A DNA stretch of 64,000 bases. Source: Octopus vulgaris. Its lineage: Eukaryota. Each line of letters opens with the position of its first letter. Within the stretch, counting starts at the first letter, position 1. Below are positions 13,460 through 25,110 of this stretch, piece after piece. The position numbers and the translations under genes were made by a program. A model generated the notes under the pieces. The model saw only the letters and a program-made list of their open reading frames with translations, did not search any database and had not been told where the DNA came from. The stretch covers positions 57,350,001-57,414,000 of the forward strand of contig OX597833.1 of the NCBI GenBank assembly GCA_951406725.2, given 5' to 3'.

Positions 13460-13682
13460 CCCTTTTGTTACCAACCCGGCTGAAACTGGCTCTGGCTCTG
13501 TAGTACAAATGTCTTATTTTCAAAAGTTTTGAATTAAAATCTTCCATCAAACCTTAGTCACGATTTATGTTCCTAACACTAGCTGAATGATAACTAAGTT
13601 ATTTTACTAAATTCTTTGTTATATTTAATGTAATTGAAAGAAACACAGCATCTCAAAAGAAATACAGTAACAAAAGGGTTAA
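13460..13682. mobile_element. piggyBac-type MITE (family P2)
   Basis: cccttttgttac ... gtaacaaaagggttaa TIRs; inverted second copy at 16978-17208. Confidence 0.7.
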
Positions 13683-13969
13683 TGCTTCTAACCTTACAGC
13701 AGTTAGGAACAGCCATATCTTGGTCATTCAGTGGAAGGACTTCACTACCTCATATGTTCTTAAAATTTAAATCCACATCTTTGTCTGTATATCTACCTTC
13801 TCTATAATGTTGCCACTTGATTTGAAAATTTTTGTATTAATGGAAAAACATCTATAATTGGCTGATGAGTACTCAGCATCTTAAATCTGTTGTAATACTT
13901 ATAACATTTAATAAAATGATGTAGTGCGAAACGATCGTACCAAATTACTGGAGTCATTCTTGTTGCTTA

Positions 13970-14015
<46 letters not shown>

Positions 14016-14520
14016 GTATATATATGTACTGTGGTCATAGATACAGTAATGGTGATTGTGATAATAACAGCAAAATCTTTTGCCTTGCAGATCCACAGGT
14101 CCCAGCGGTGCATACTGTCTATTGAGTGATTCTGCCAAGGGCCAGGCAGCTCTCTCCATTCTGCCATCTCCATTTGACATAATAGCCCCAACATCAAAAG
14201 TTGTTAACTATGTCAGTCTTGTAGTAACTACAGAAGTGACATGAGGTATCTGTTTTCTTTACATTAAACAACATGTTTCATCACAACCTGACAACGATTC
14301 ATTTTTCCACCTGCCCCGACCAATCTCCGATAATTACAATCCTTCCAACACACACCTCTGGATATGCTGGTTGCTTGAGACAGAGACAGAAGACACCTCT
14401 CACTTACTGGCAGATATAAATAATAGAAAAGGAAATTCCTGTTTGTTTGGTTTTTATACCTTATCAACTCGGTGTTGTCAAGAGTTTTTTTCTAAAAAAA
14501 ATTTGTCTATTTATTAATTA

Positions 14521-14921
14521 CTAGCAGTATCGCCCAGTGTTGCTCGGGGTTTTTTTTTCGACCCTTTAGAATTGGAATTTTTGAAAAGTAAAAATTTTGC
14601 ATTATGTAGCTTGTTATTCTCTTTAAGTGAACATTTTTCTAGTTGAAATACACCGAAAAATGGCAACACACCAGTCAAAAAATCGTAAAAAAATAGGGAT
14701 TTTCATAGAAAAAAAAGCACTTTTTTGATGTAAATAATTTTTGGTGTTAACATGGTCCGATTTGAATTTTTTCTTCTACGGAAGTAAGAGCAAGCCTTCT
14801 TTTATCATACTCTCAATTTTGGTCAACTTGCGCCGCAGGGTCTCGGAGGAAATAGTGTTAGTTGAAGGCTACCAAACCTGTCATACACAGACAACTTCAG
14901 CTTTATATATATATGTAGAGA
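14521..14921 (-). mobile_element. non-autonomous Helitron
   Basis: On the minus strand it begins TC(TCTACATATATATATAAAGC) and ends ...cccgagcaacactgggcgatactgCTAG, with a GC-rich subterminal hairpin; inserted between A and T with no TSD. Confidence 0.7.
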
Positions 14922-15887
14922 TTTAGTTTTATTGTTCATAGAGCAATACAGAAACAAAACACTAGCCTAAAGGGAATTCAAATATGTAATTGCCAGAAAT
15001 GTGACAACAGCAAAAAGAAATTCAGTAGTATTAGTTATAGTGGTGTTAGCTGTAAATAGTATTAGTTGTATTAGTAGCAAAATACTTTGATTCATATTGC
15101 CCTCCATTCCACTCAGCTGTAATTAGTAACCCTGCCACAGGATGACAACACACGCTGTTCAGGTGGACTGTTGCGATATCGGTCATTTATACATAATGGA
15201 AACCAAGCAATTGGCCCCATGAGCCTTAGGTTTCAAGACTACTGTCTTTACTGCTGCTGTTACAACTTCTTCATAAATAGGATTAGGAAAACCTATAGTT
15301 TTTAGTCATTGAGCTGGCAGAATAATTAGTATGCCAGACAAAATGCTGCTTAAGCACTGTGTCCATCTCGACATTCTAAGTTCAAATTCCACCAAAGTCG
15401 ACTTTGCCTTTTTTTCTCTTTGGGATCAATAAAATAAGTACTAGTTGAGCACTGGGGTCAATGTAATCAATTAGTCTGCTTCCCCACCAAAATTTCAGGC
15501 CTTCTGCCAATAGTAGAAATAATATTAAGTGAGAGAGGGGGGGGCATCACCATAATTTAATGTCCATTTTCCATGCTGGCATAGATTGGATGTTTTGACA
15601 GGAGATGGCAAGCCAAAAGACTGCAGCAGGGGCCATGGCATGGTTTCTATGTCTGCATACCTTTCCATTTTACAGATTGTACTTGCATATTTTTACTGTT
15701 CCACTTACAGACTGTATTTGCAATGTGCAAGTTAGCTGGTTGATTTCTTTCTCTGAAAATCCTAGCTTTTATGTGGCACCAGTACCTCAGGGGCCTTTTC
15801 CAAACCCACCCAGCCATCCATAAAATTAAGATTCAGTTGAATTAGGTACTCATGTTGAGGCACCAAGTCACTCCGGTTTTACCTGCA

Positions 15888-16008
15888 CAAACTCTGCCAG
15901 ATTAGATTGGAGTCTGGTGCAGCAATCTGGTTCGCCAGACCTCAGTCAAATCGTCCAACCCACGCTAGCATGGAAAGCGGACGTTAAACGATGATGATGA
16001 TGATGATG
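15888..16008 (+). mobile_element. SINE family C, 3' fragment
   Basis: aaactctgccagattagattggag...ggacgttaaacgatgatgatg. Confidence 0.75.
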
Positions 16009-16217
16009 AGCTTGAAGTTAGGTGAATAAAAAGCAAATAAGAAACAAAGATGTCCTGACCAGGTATCAGGAATCAATAACAGGATGTCCGGGTCTCCGGT
16101 ATCAATTCATCAAATCAGTCGATTAAATGGAACCGCTTGAAATCACTTAATGCACTGATACCTGGATATCCTTCTTACTTATTTGCTTTATATATATATA
16201 TATATATATATATTTAT

Positions 16218-16372
16218 GAGTGGCTGTGTGGTAAGTAGCTTGCTTACCAACCACATGGTTCCAGGTTCAGTCCCACTGCATGGCACCTTGGGCAAGTGTC
16301 TTCTACTATAGCCTCGGGCCAACCAAAGCCTTGTGAGTGGATTTGATAGATGGAAACTGAAAGAAGCTCATC

Positions 16373-16427
<55 letters not shown>

Positions 16428-16655
16428 CATATATATATATACATACATATGTGTGCGTGAGTGTGTGTGTATATGTTTGTGTCCCCACAACATCGCTTGA
16501 CATATCGATGCTGGTGTATTTACGTCCACATAACTTAGTGGTTCTCCAAAAGAGTCTGATAGAATAAGTACTAGGCTTACAAAGAATAAGTCTTGACTAA
16601 AGGTGCTGCTCCAGCATGGCCACAGTCAAATTACTGAAACAAGCAAAAAGAGAGA
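16218..16655 (+). mobile_element. SINE family A
   Basis: head, internal (TG)(TA) microsatellite and tail all present. Confidence 0.85.
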
Positions 16656-16734
16656 TATATATATGAAAATAAAAGCTACCTGCCAACATAATGCGGCTGT
16701 CCTGTAAGGGATGATGGTACTGTTGTTTTAGCCT

Positions 16735-16771
<37 letters not shown>

Positions 16772-16882
16772 ATAAAAATGGTAAATAATTTTCCTGTGGT
16801 TTTTCGTGTAACCAACAATTATTTACCGGTAAATTTCGGTATGTAAATACGACAAATTAATTGCCAGGACCTTTGTAAGGTT

Positions 16883-16955
<73 letters not shown>

Positions 16956-16977
16956 ATCGGTGGTTGAAGACTTATAT

Positions 16978-17208
16978 TTAACTCTTTTTGTTTCTGTATT
17001 TATTTTGAGATGCTCTGTGTTTCTTTCAATTAATTTTAGATATAACAAAAAATTTAGTAAAAATAACTTAGTTATCATTCAGCTAGTGTTAGGAACATAA
17101 ATTGTGACTAAGGTTTGGTGGAAGATTGTAATTCAAAACTTATAAAAACAAGACATTTGTACTCAGAGACAGAACTGGTTTCAGTCGGGTTGGTAACGAA
17201 AGGGTTAA
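16978..17208. mobile_element. piggyBac-type MITE P2 (inverted relative to 13460)
   Basis: ttaactcttt ... gtaacgaaagggttaa; reverse complement of 13460-13682. Confidence 0.7.
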
Positions 17209-17794
17209 ATTTATTCTGCAACACATACACAGTTTCTTTGAAATGATTTAGGTAGATAGTTTTCACTAAAAAACCAGTTTCACCAAATGCTAAGTAACTG
17301 GTTCTTTTTTATAAATTTTTTTTATGGCTTTCCTTTTAATGCCCAAGAACATGACATTTATGAGACTTTTTCTCAGCATTCTATAATAGCATGATACTGA
17401 AAGTACAACAGTCAGAGGGAAAGAGAGAAGAATTTTATTACAAGTGTGTGTTTTTCTTTTTTTGCTTTTTAATGGTCAATAAAATATATTTTCCTCATTG
17501 TTTAACAATTAAAGTTTTCAGCAAGACAGAGAAAATATTTTATGATACCTGACAGGTATTTTTTATTATCTTCATATAACTACTCTTTCATCATCATCAT
17601 CATCATCATCATAAATGTTATCATTGTCACAAAATAAAATAATTAATGTGATTATTATAAAATAATAATAATTATTAATCATTAGCGTTGGCTATCTTCT
17701 ATAATAATATTCTGCCTGTCTTGTGTTGGAGAGTTAGACTTTCAACAAGCTTTAAAACTACAGAACCACCATAATCAAAATGTCTTACTAGTCA

Positions 17795-17836
<42 letters not shown>

Positions 17837-17854
17837 TACTACTACTATTACTAC

Positions 17855-18235
17855 AGTGAGTTAACAGAATTGTTAGCACACCCGAAAAATTGCTTAGCAA
17901 CATATCTTCCAGTTTTATGTTCATGGTTCAAATTCTGGCATGGTCAACTTTGCCTTTTGTCCTTTAGGGGTCTGATAGAATAAGTACCAGTTGAGCACTG
18001 GGGTCGATGTAACTGTCTTACCCATTCCCTTAAAATTGCTGGTCTTGTGCCAAAATTTGAAATCCTTGTTCAAATTCTGCTGAGGTCGACTTCGCCTTTC
18101 ATCCTCTTGGAGTCTGATAAATTAAGGATCAGCAGAGTCAATAAAGTAAGTACCAGTTAAATGCTGGGGGTCGATGTAATTGTCTAGTCCCCTCCTCACA
18201 GATTTCAGGCCTTGTGCCTTTAGTAGAAATTATTA
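17855..18235 (+). mobile_element. diverged tandem family B SINE copies
   Basis: gttcaaattc...gtc(a/g)actttgccttt...taagtaccagtt...ggggtcgatgtaa occurs twice. Confidence 0.6.
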
Positions 18236-18303
18236 TTATTATTTACGGAGATGTACTTGCATAGCGAGTGACTTGATCTGAGATCGTGTTCTGGAACGAA
18301 AAC

Positions 18304-18535
18304 AATTGCAGCGTGGAAGGTGTTTATAAGCCATTTAAGAAACACACAAAAACCGTTAGATTCACTTCAACATTTAAATTTAATTTGTCAAAAGATTTTC
18401 GTCGCTTTGAGACTGCGACATCGTGGTCTCAAAGCGACGAGAATATTTTGGCAAATTAAATTTAAATGCTGAAGTGAATCTAACGGATTTTGTGTGTTTC
18501 TTAAATGGCTTATAAACACCTTCCACGCTGCAATT
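18304..18535. repeat. long foldback palindrome (~115-bp arms)
   Basis: aattgcagcgtggaaggtgtttataagcc...tcgtcgctttgagac | gtctcaaagcgacga...ggcttataaacaccttccacgctgcaatt. Confidence 0.9.
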
Positions 18536-18831
18536 ATTATTATTATTATTATCAAAATAAAAGGGAGTGATGTAGTTCACAAAAAAAGGACCTTAATGAG
18601 TCCAAAAGTTTTTGTTAAGCCCTCATGATATCAATCCATCTTAGACTGTTCCTGGTTCGATGATACAAACCATATTCTAATGTGATTTTTAAAAAACTTT
18701 CCTTCAAAATTTCACGTTTCAAACACCAGATTAATAATGATTTCCAAATTTGGAACAGGACCAGCAATTTTAAGGGAGGGGACTAGTTGATTACATCGAC
18801 CCCAGTGTTCAACTGGTACTTATTTTACTCA

Positions 18832-19102
18832 GTGCCGCTGGACTGGCTCCTGTGCTGGTGGCACATAAAAAACACCATTTGAGCGTGGCCGTTGCCAGTA
18901 CCGCCTGACTGGCCATCGTGCTGGTGGCATGTAAAAGCACCCACTACACTCTTGGAGTGGTTGGTGTTAGGAAGGGCATCCAGCAGTAGAAACTCTGTCA
19001 GATCAGATTGGAGCCTGGTGCAGCCATCTGGTTTGCCTGCCCTCATTCAAATCGTCCAACCCATGCTAGCATGGAAAGCGGACGTTAAACGATGATGATG
19101 AT
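18832..19102 (+). mobile_element. SINE family C (Meta-like)
   Basis: gtggcac..taaaagcacc repeats, ggttggtgttaggaagggcatccagc (Meta-domain-like), (GAT)n tail. Confidence 0.8.
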
Positions 19103-19346
19103 AATGAATCCTGAAAAGATGTCAGGCTTCTTTCGGTTTCTGTTTACCAAATTCCCTCATAAGATATTGGCCATCTGGTGCACCATACAGTGGGCTGAAC
19201 CCAAAACTACACGGTGATTAAGCAGTCAACTTCTTAGCCATGCACATTGCTAGTGAATTATTTTCCCTCTGCCCTATCATTGCTGGACCTATAATCTTGA
19301 GATGGTAACTTATTTTGAATAAGAAGACATGACAGTAGCTCACATA

Positions 19347-20170
19347 GGCGCAGGCGTGGCTCTGTGGTAAGAAGCTTGCTTCCTCACCACATAGTTCCGG
19401 GTTCAGTACCACTGTGCGGCACCTTAAACAAGCGTCTACTATAACCTCAGGCCAACCTGTGGGTGGATTTGGTAGGTGGAAACTGAAAGCAGTTCGTCGT
19501 ATAAATATGTGTGTGTGTGTGCGCGCGTTTGGGTCTGTTTGTCCCCTCCCCCATCACCGCTTGACAACCAGTGTTGATGTGTTTACGTCTCTGTAACATA
19601 GCAGTTTGGCAAAAGACACTGATAGAATAAGTACTGGATCGTTTCGGTTTGAACGGCAGTTTTTAACATAATTTCTAGGTAACTAAAAAATTTTAAACTT
19701 CGTATACTGGTAGAATGTGTTTATAAAACATCTTTTTCTCTTGGCTTTATTGAGAAAAGTCTATGGTTTGTAAGATATTAGCTGGTTTTTTTCTTCAATT
19801 TCTGCAATTTCAACCAATCACTGACGTCTATTGAGGTAAAAAAAAACAACATTCTGTGCCGTATGAATATGTACCTCGTTTAAGAAACGGATTGGGTTTA
19901 TTTACATTTGTGAAGAAAAAAAGTTACCCTTCCCCCCACCCTCACTCCTAACCCTAAAACATTGAAATGCAATAGATCGATACTAGGGTCATAATTATGG
20001 GTAACAATTTCATATGACACCGCTAGAAAAAAACTGCCGTTCAAACCGAAAAGATCCTAAGTACTAGGCTTTAAAAATAAGTCGTGGGGTCGATTTGTCC
20101 CACTAAAACTCTTCAAGGTGGTGCTCCAGTACGGCCGCAGTCAAATGACTGAAACAAGTAAAAGAATATA
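19347..20170 (+). mobile_element. SINE family A interrupted by a MITE
   Basis: head at 19347; body resumes at 20058 exactly where it was interrupted. Confidence 0.8.
19636..20057. mobile_element. non-autonomous DNA transposon (MITE) with GGATC termini and 8-bp TSD
   Basis: TIR GGATCGTTTCGGTTTGAACGGCAGTTTTT / AAAAACTGCCGTTCAAACCGAAAAGATCC; perfect TSD TAAGTACT (19628-19635, 20058-20065). Confidence 0.9.
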
Positions 20171-20705
20171 AAAAAAAAATGGATAAGTAAAGTAGCCAGC
20201 CATAGTATTATTACAGCAGAGAACAATGGTTCATATATCTGCTATGTCGGTTGTCATTATCGCCGCCACCACCAACAACATCTGATTATTGTAGACACGG
20301 CAACACAGTATATATAACTACAGGTATACATATACGTGTGCCTTTGGTACTAGTTGTATGTGTGTCAATGACACACTTGTCTTACTGGCATTTCACACAC
20401 ACACACACACACACACCTGTAGTCAGGTGGTGTTTGTTTACTGCAAATGCTAGCGTATCTATTAGCATTACTTATTCACTAACAAAGAAAATTCCCAACA
20501 TTACTATGACCCAGCGAGGCAGCCTAATACGTAACCACTCCGCCTGCTAGCAATAGCAGTCAAATCTATCTCGAACCACCATACACCTACTATATAAAAG
20601 TAACGTAGTCTTATATATTCCTTAAAAAAAAACAACAACAAAAACAGACAGTATCACAGCTAGACTGCCCTCAATCATAGCTCTATTCCATGACAGTTAA
20701 CCAAA

Positions 20706-20744
<39 letters not shown>

Positions 20745-20749
<5 letters not shown>

Positions 20750-20957
20750 CTTTATATACATAGGGGCGAAACACAGAGGGGACAAACAAGGACAGACAAA
20801 CGGATTAAGTCGAGTACCCCAGTACGTAACTGGTACTTAATTTATTGACCCCGAAAGGATGAAAAGCAAAGTCGACCTCGGCGGAATTTGAACTCAGAAC
20901 ATAACGGCAGACGAAATACGGCTACGCATTTCGCCCGGCGTGCTAACGTTTCTGCCA
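20745..20957 (-). mobile_element. SINE family B
   Basis: gacaaacaaggacagacaaacggattaagtcg...aaagtcgacctcggcggaatttgaactcagaac...cggcgtgctaacgtttctgcc. Confidence 0.8.
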
Positions 20958-21094
20958 AAGGGTAAAATTAATTAATTAACTAAGTAATCAGTAATTTCGC
21001 CAAGTAGAATTCGGCATGAAAAAGCACCATTTCACGGTAAATTAAAGTGATACTTTATAATAGGGTTCAAATCTTTGCTGAACCCTATTATAAA

Positions 21095-21134
<40 letters not shown>

Positions 21135-21970
21135 TATAAGAATGAATGTTTTTATATATAATGAACGAGAAATACAGGAAGGGACGAACACGGAACACAG
21201 ACAAATCATTCGAAGCCTTCAATCTTCAGTCAGACACCGAATCATCATAGCAAATTTCGGCTGTTCAATTCTGATATTTGCTCCAACTCGGCCAGCCCCA
21301 AGAAAAAAAACTAAGCTGTAAGCATTAGATTTCTTGGTAGAAGACAGGAATGTGAACGCACAAGACGGATGTGAATACAAGAGACGAAAACGAAATTGAA
21401 AACAGTATATATATATATATCGAAATATTTTTGTTTAACCCCCAGATTGGTGTATAAAGATATCTCCATCAAAACCAACCAGTTTTTTGTGGGGTGTATC
21501 TACATTATTCTGTGAGCCCTTTTTTTTTTTTTTTCACTGAAACGTTTATACGCAATTTAAGGGCGCTTTCACTGTTATCCTTAGCAAGTGGAGCAACATC
21601 ATAAGAGGCGCCTCTGCTTGATCGTTATCGTTTGTACGTATTACATCGCGCACGAATACATTTGAATATACCTGTTTTTATGTTTTATGTGTCAGTGATA
21701 CAAATGCCTGATTGACTGACATTACACACATACACACACACTACGCACCTATATACTGTCGTCAGGCGATGTTTGGTTACTGTGCGTATATTTTATTTAT
21801 TTACTATGCTACAACAACAAAACAAAAATAGGCGACCTTTCGACAAAATACTTCCATTACCTGCCATATACCTATATGGTTGTGTCGTTTTGTTACTTGT
21901 TATCTCCCTCCTGAGTAATAAAGGACACACATCAACATTAAAGGAAAAACAAGCAATAAAGTAGAAATAA

Positions 21971-22570
21971 GGATCTTTTCCTTTTGAACGGCAGATGTCA
22001 ACACAATTTCCAGTTAACTAAACACTTTTAAACTTCGTATACTGGTAGAATGTGTTTATAAAACATCTTTTTCTCTTGGCTTTATTGAGAAAATTCTAGA
22101 GTTTGTAAGATATTTCGTCTGAAAATCCGAGCATTTCGGCAATTTTAACCAATCGATTACCTCCATTCAACTAAAATCATTTGCTGCGTCTAAAACTGAG
22201 ACGACATCCTGTAACTAACCCTAACCTCCCCCTAACCCTAATTTTTTTTCTTAATTGTTAAATTAATTTAATTGTTACGCGTGTAAAAAAAATTAACAAT
22301 TAATAAAAAAAAAGTTAGGGTTAGGGGGGAGGTTTAGGGTTAGATACAGGATGTTGTCTCAGTTTTAGACGCAGCAAATGATTTTAGTTCAAAAGAGAGC
22401 ATAGGATTGGTTAAAATTCGAAAAATTAAACTACGTTAAACAAACAAATTACAATTTTCTCAAGAAAGCCAAGAGAAAAAATGTTTTATTTTGACACATT
22501 CTACGAGTATACGAAGTTTTAAAGTGTTTAGTTAACTAGAAATTGTCTGCCGTTCAAAAGGAAAAGATCC
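21971..22570. mobile_element. 600-bp fully palindromic (foldback) MITE of the GGATC-TIR family, with internal TTAGGG-like repeats
   Basis: TIR GGATCTTTTCCTTTTGAACGGCAGA / TCTGCCGTTCAAAAGGAAAAGATCC; arms are complementary almost to the centre (~22280); TSD agaaataa/aaaaataa (7 of 8 match). Confidence 0.88.
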
Positions 22571-22608
22571 AAAAATAATATATAGATCAATAAAAAGGAA
22601 CCTCTGCG

Positions 22609-22750
22609 TCAGTCATGGGCAAACCGCAGCCCACGGGACTTTCTAAATGGCACACCAAACGTAGAATTACCTCGAATTCTTTTAGTAGCGCGATCCGCCT
22701 GAAGCCGTGTCTCATGAGGCCAGCTTCTCGAAAAAGGTTGCCCAAACCTT
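22609..22750. mobile_element. degenerate hAT-like MITE
   Basis: cagtcatgggcaaaccgcagcccacggg ... aaaaggttgcccaaacct resembles hAT/Charlie-type ends. Confidence 0.35.
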
Positions 22751-22927
22751 ACTCTATGTCGTCGCTCCTTCTACTAGAAATAGCAGGGTGCAAGAGGAGA
22801 GATCTTGCTTCACGGAGAGAAGCAGTTGTTTTCCTTCGTGGTTGACTAGGATACTTTTGGTTCTGGCTCCTGCATCTAGTTCACTTATGGTTCTAAACAG
22901 TTGCAGTGTGCGGTATAGGCCACATCC

Positions 22928-23160
22928 AAGGCGGCGAGCTGGTAGAAACGTTAGCGCGCTGGGCGAAGTGCTTAGCGGTATTTCGTTTGCTGTTACGTTC
23001 TGAGTTCAAATTCTGCCGAGGTTGACTTTGCCTTTCATCCTTCCGGGGTCGATAAATTAAGTACCAGTTACGCACTGGAGTCGATGTAATCGATTTAGTC
23101 CGTTTGTTTGACCTTGTTTGTCCCCTCTATGTTTAGCCCCTTGTGGGTAATAAAGAAACA
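22928..23160 (+). mobile_element. SINE family B, full length, perfect 16-bp TSD
   Basis: TSD GGTATAGGCCACATCC at 22912-22927 and 23161-23176; B box gagttcaaattc; Nin-like core gcctttcatccttccggggtcgataaattaagtacc. Confidence 0.9.
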
Positions 23161-23831
23161 GGTATAGGCCACATCCTGGAACGTGGTTTCGATTGACCTA
23201 CTGAACTACATGAACGAACCCAAGAATGGGAATGTCTCTTGGTACAAGCACCCACAGAAAATACTAAGCATTCATTCGACATTTTAGAAATAGCAGTCGA
23301 ATCTCCCTCATATTACACTCATATCTTCTTAAAATGTGAAGGATACATTGAGTAAAACAAAACAGATCTTTCCCATTTGATGCAATAATGTTAAAAAAGG
23401 CACATCTGTGCAGAAAATTTCAATAAAATCGATCTTCGTGCGTCAAACATCAAAACGCCCAGTAAAAACAAAGATTGCCACGACTTGACTACCGGATTGT
23501 TCAACAACCAAATTTGATCCGGGGAACATAAAACAAACAACAAAACACAGCTGAAGCGGTAGATAAGTAAGACATTGTCCTCACTGTAATGATATCTTCT
23601 AACACCTGGCACCATATATCGATTTCTCATTATACAGGAGGTGGGATATTGTAATTTAGTAAAGTGGGATATAACAAACGTAAACGTAGTGAGACAATAC
23701 ATCGTTGTTAATTGAAATTGTGCTTGATTTTTGACAAAATAGTGACAGACAACTCCATACATGTTTCTGCCTTATTGAATATCATCAGAAAAATCACAGA
23801 GTCTGTGATAGACTGATTACAGATAGATCTT

Positions 23832-24149
23832 TCTTTTACCTGCTTCAGTCATTAGACCGTGACCATGCTGGGGCACCGCATTGAATTTTTTTAGTCGAAC
23901 GAATCGATCTCAGTAGTTTTTTTTTAAGTTTTAAAGTCTGGTATTTATTCTATCGATCTCTTTGCCGAAACGCTAGATTACTGCTGTGTGTTTACGTCCC
24001 CGTAACTTAGCGGTTCGGCAAAGAGACCGATAGAGTAAGTACTAGACTTAAAAAAATAAATAATTTCTAGGGTCGATTTGTTCGACCAAACACCTTTCAA
24101 GGCCGTGCCCCAGCATGGCCGCAGTCAAATGACTGAAACAAGTAAAAGA
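23832..24149. mobile_element. two inverted 3' halves of SINE family A
   Basis: minus copy ~23832-23975, plus copy ~23985-24149. Confidence 0.7.
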
Positions 24150-24214
24150 TATATAGACATATAAAATGAGATGGTCATGTAAAGATTGCCTTTGATCACG
24201 GACCATCATGCGGT

Positions 24215-24388
24215 CGCTTGATCTGCTAGAAATAAAAACCAAATCACTCTTAAGTCACACCTTACTCTCTTAAAAAGAGCATATCGTCTGAGGGACGAAT
24301 GAATAGTGAAATAAAAACGAGATGGCCACAGCTGGAATGCCTGTGATTATAAGTTTTTTCGATGATGGTTGACCTAGGGTTAAACAAC
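24215..24388 (+). mobile_element. old dispersed retroposon fragment (family E, (CAA)n tail), representative copy
   Basis: ctgctagaaata.cag.caaatc ... gatggccacagctggaatgcct.tgat.atag ... gacct.gggttaaacaac recurs in diverged form at ~900, 6600-6900, 7550, 20550, 23290, 30920, 34330-34500, 35020-35225, 37850, 46720-46910. Confidence 0.55.
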
Positions 24389-24689
24389 GACCTGTCTAAA
24401 ATTGCTAGGTTTGGGTTTAGATTTCTTGTTAACACAAAACATTACTTGTTAGCGACCCGTGTGTGTATATTTGGGTATGTACATGCATATGTGTGTATAA
24501 TAGTGAGTGAGAATGTATGTATGTATGTATGTATGCCTTTATGGTATGTTTGTGTGTACAGACACACAGCCGTGTATGTGTAGATACATACATATGTTTA
24601 TCTGTGTATGTGAGAGAGACTGTCTTTATACACACTGTAGGCATACACACACAAACACACACACTCAATGTTAGGAGCCCATTAGGTGT

Positions 24690-24879
24690 GCGTGTGTATA
24701 TATACGCACACATATACATACACACACATATACATACACACACACATATATATATACGCACACACATATATACACACATACACATATATATATACGCACA
24801 CACACACATATATATACGCACACACATATATACACACATACACATATATATATATATATATACGCAGACACACACACAC

Positions 24880-24916
<37 letters not shown>

Positions 24917-25110
24917 TACGTTTGCGTGTACATACATAGATATGTATATATTTCTGTGTATGTTGTGTGTCTGGGAGAGAGAAACTACAAAAATGCGTGT
25001 GTATGCTTCTACACTATGTGTGAATTTGTGTATACACGCACACATACATACATACATACATACATACACACATACATACATACATTCATACGTACATACG
25101 TACATACACC
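24690..25110. repeat. (TA/CA/TACA)n microsatellite
   Basis: directly visible. Confidence 0.9.

Noticed and set aside
14300-14365. Decayed RTE C-terminus (IQRCVLEG..GRGRWK on the minus strand)
   Set aside because: The similarity is too short and is interrupted by a stop; it cannot be distinguished from chance.
22216-22343. Telomere fusion site
   Set aside because: Only a few TTAGGG-like units are present, and they lie inside a TIR-bounded MITE.
23400-23570. Possible plus-strand first exon ending AA|GTAAGA
   Set aside because: A single donor-like motif in mildly CpG-richer sequence, with no other support.
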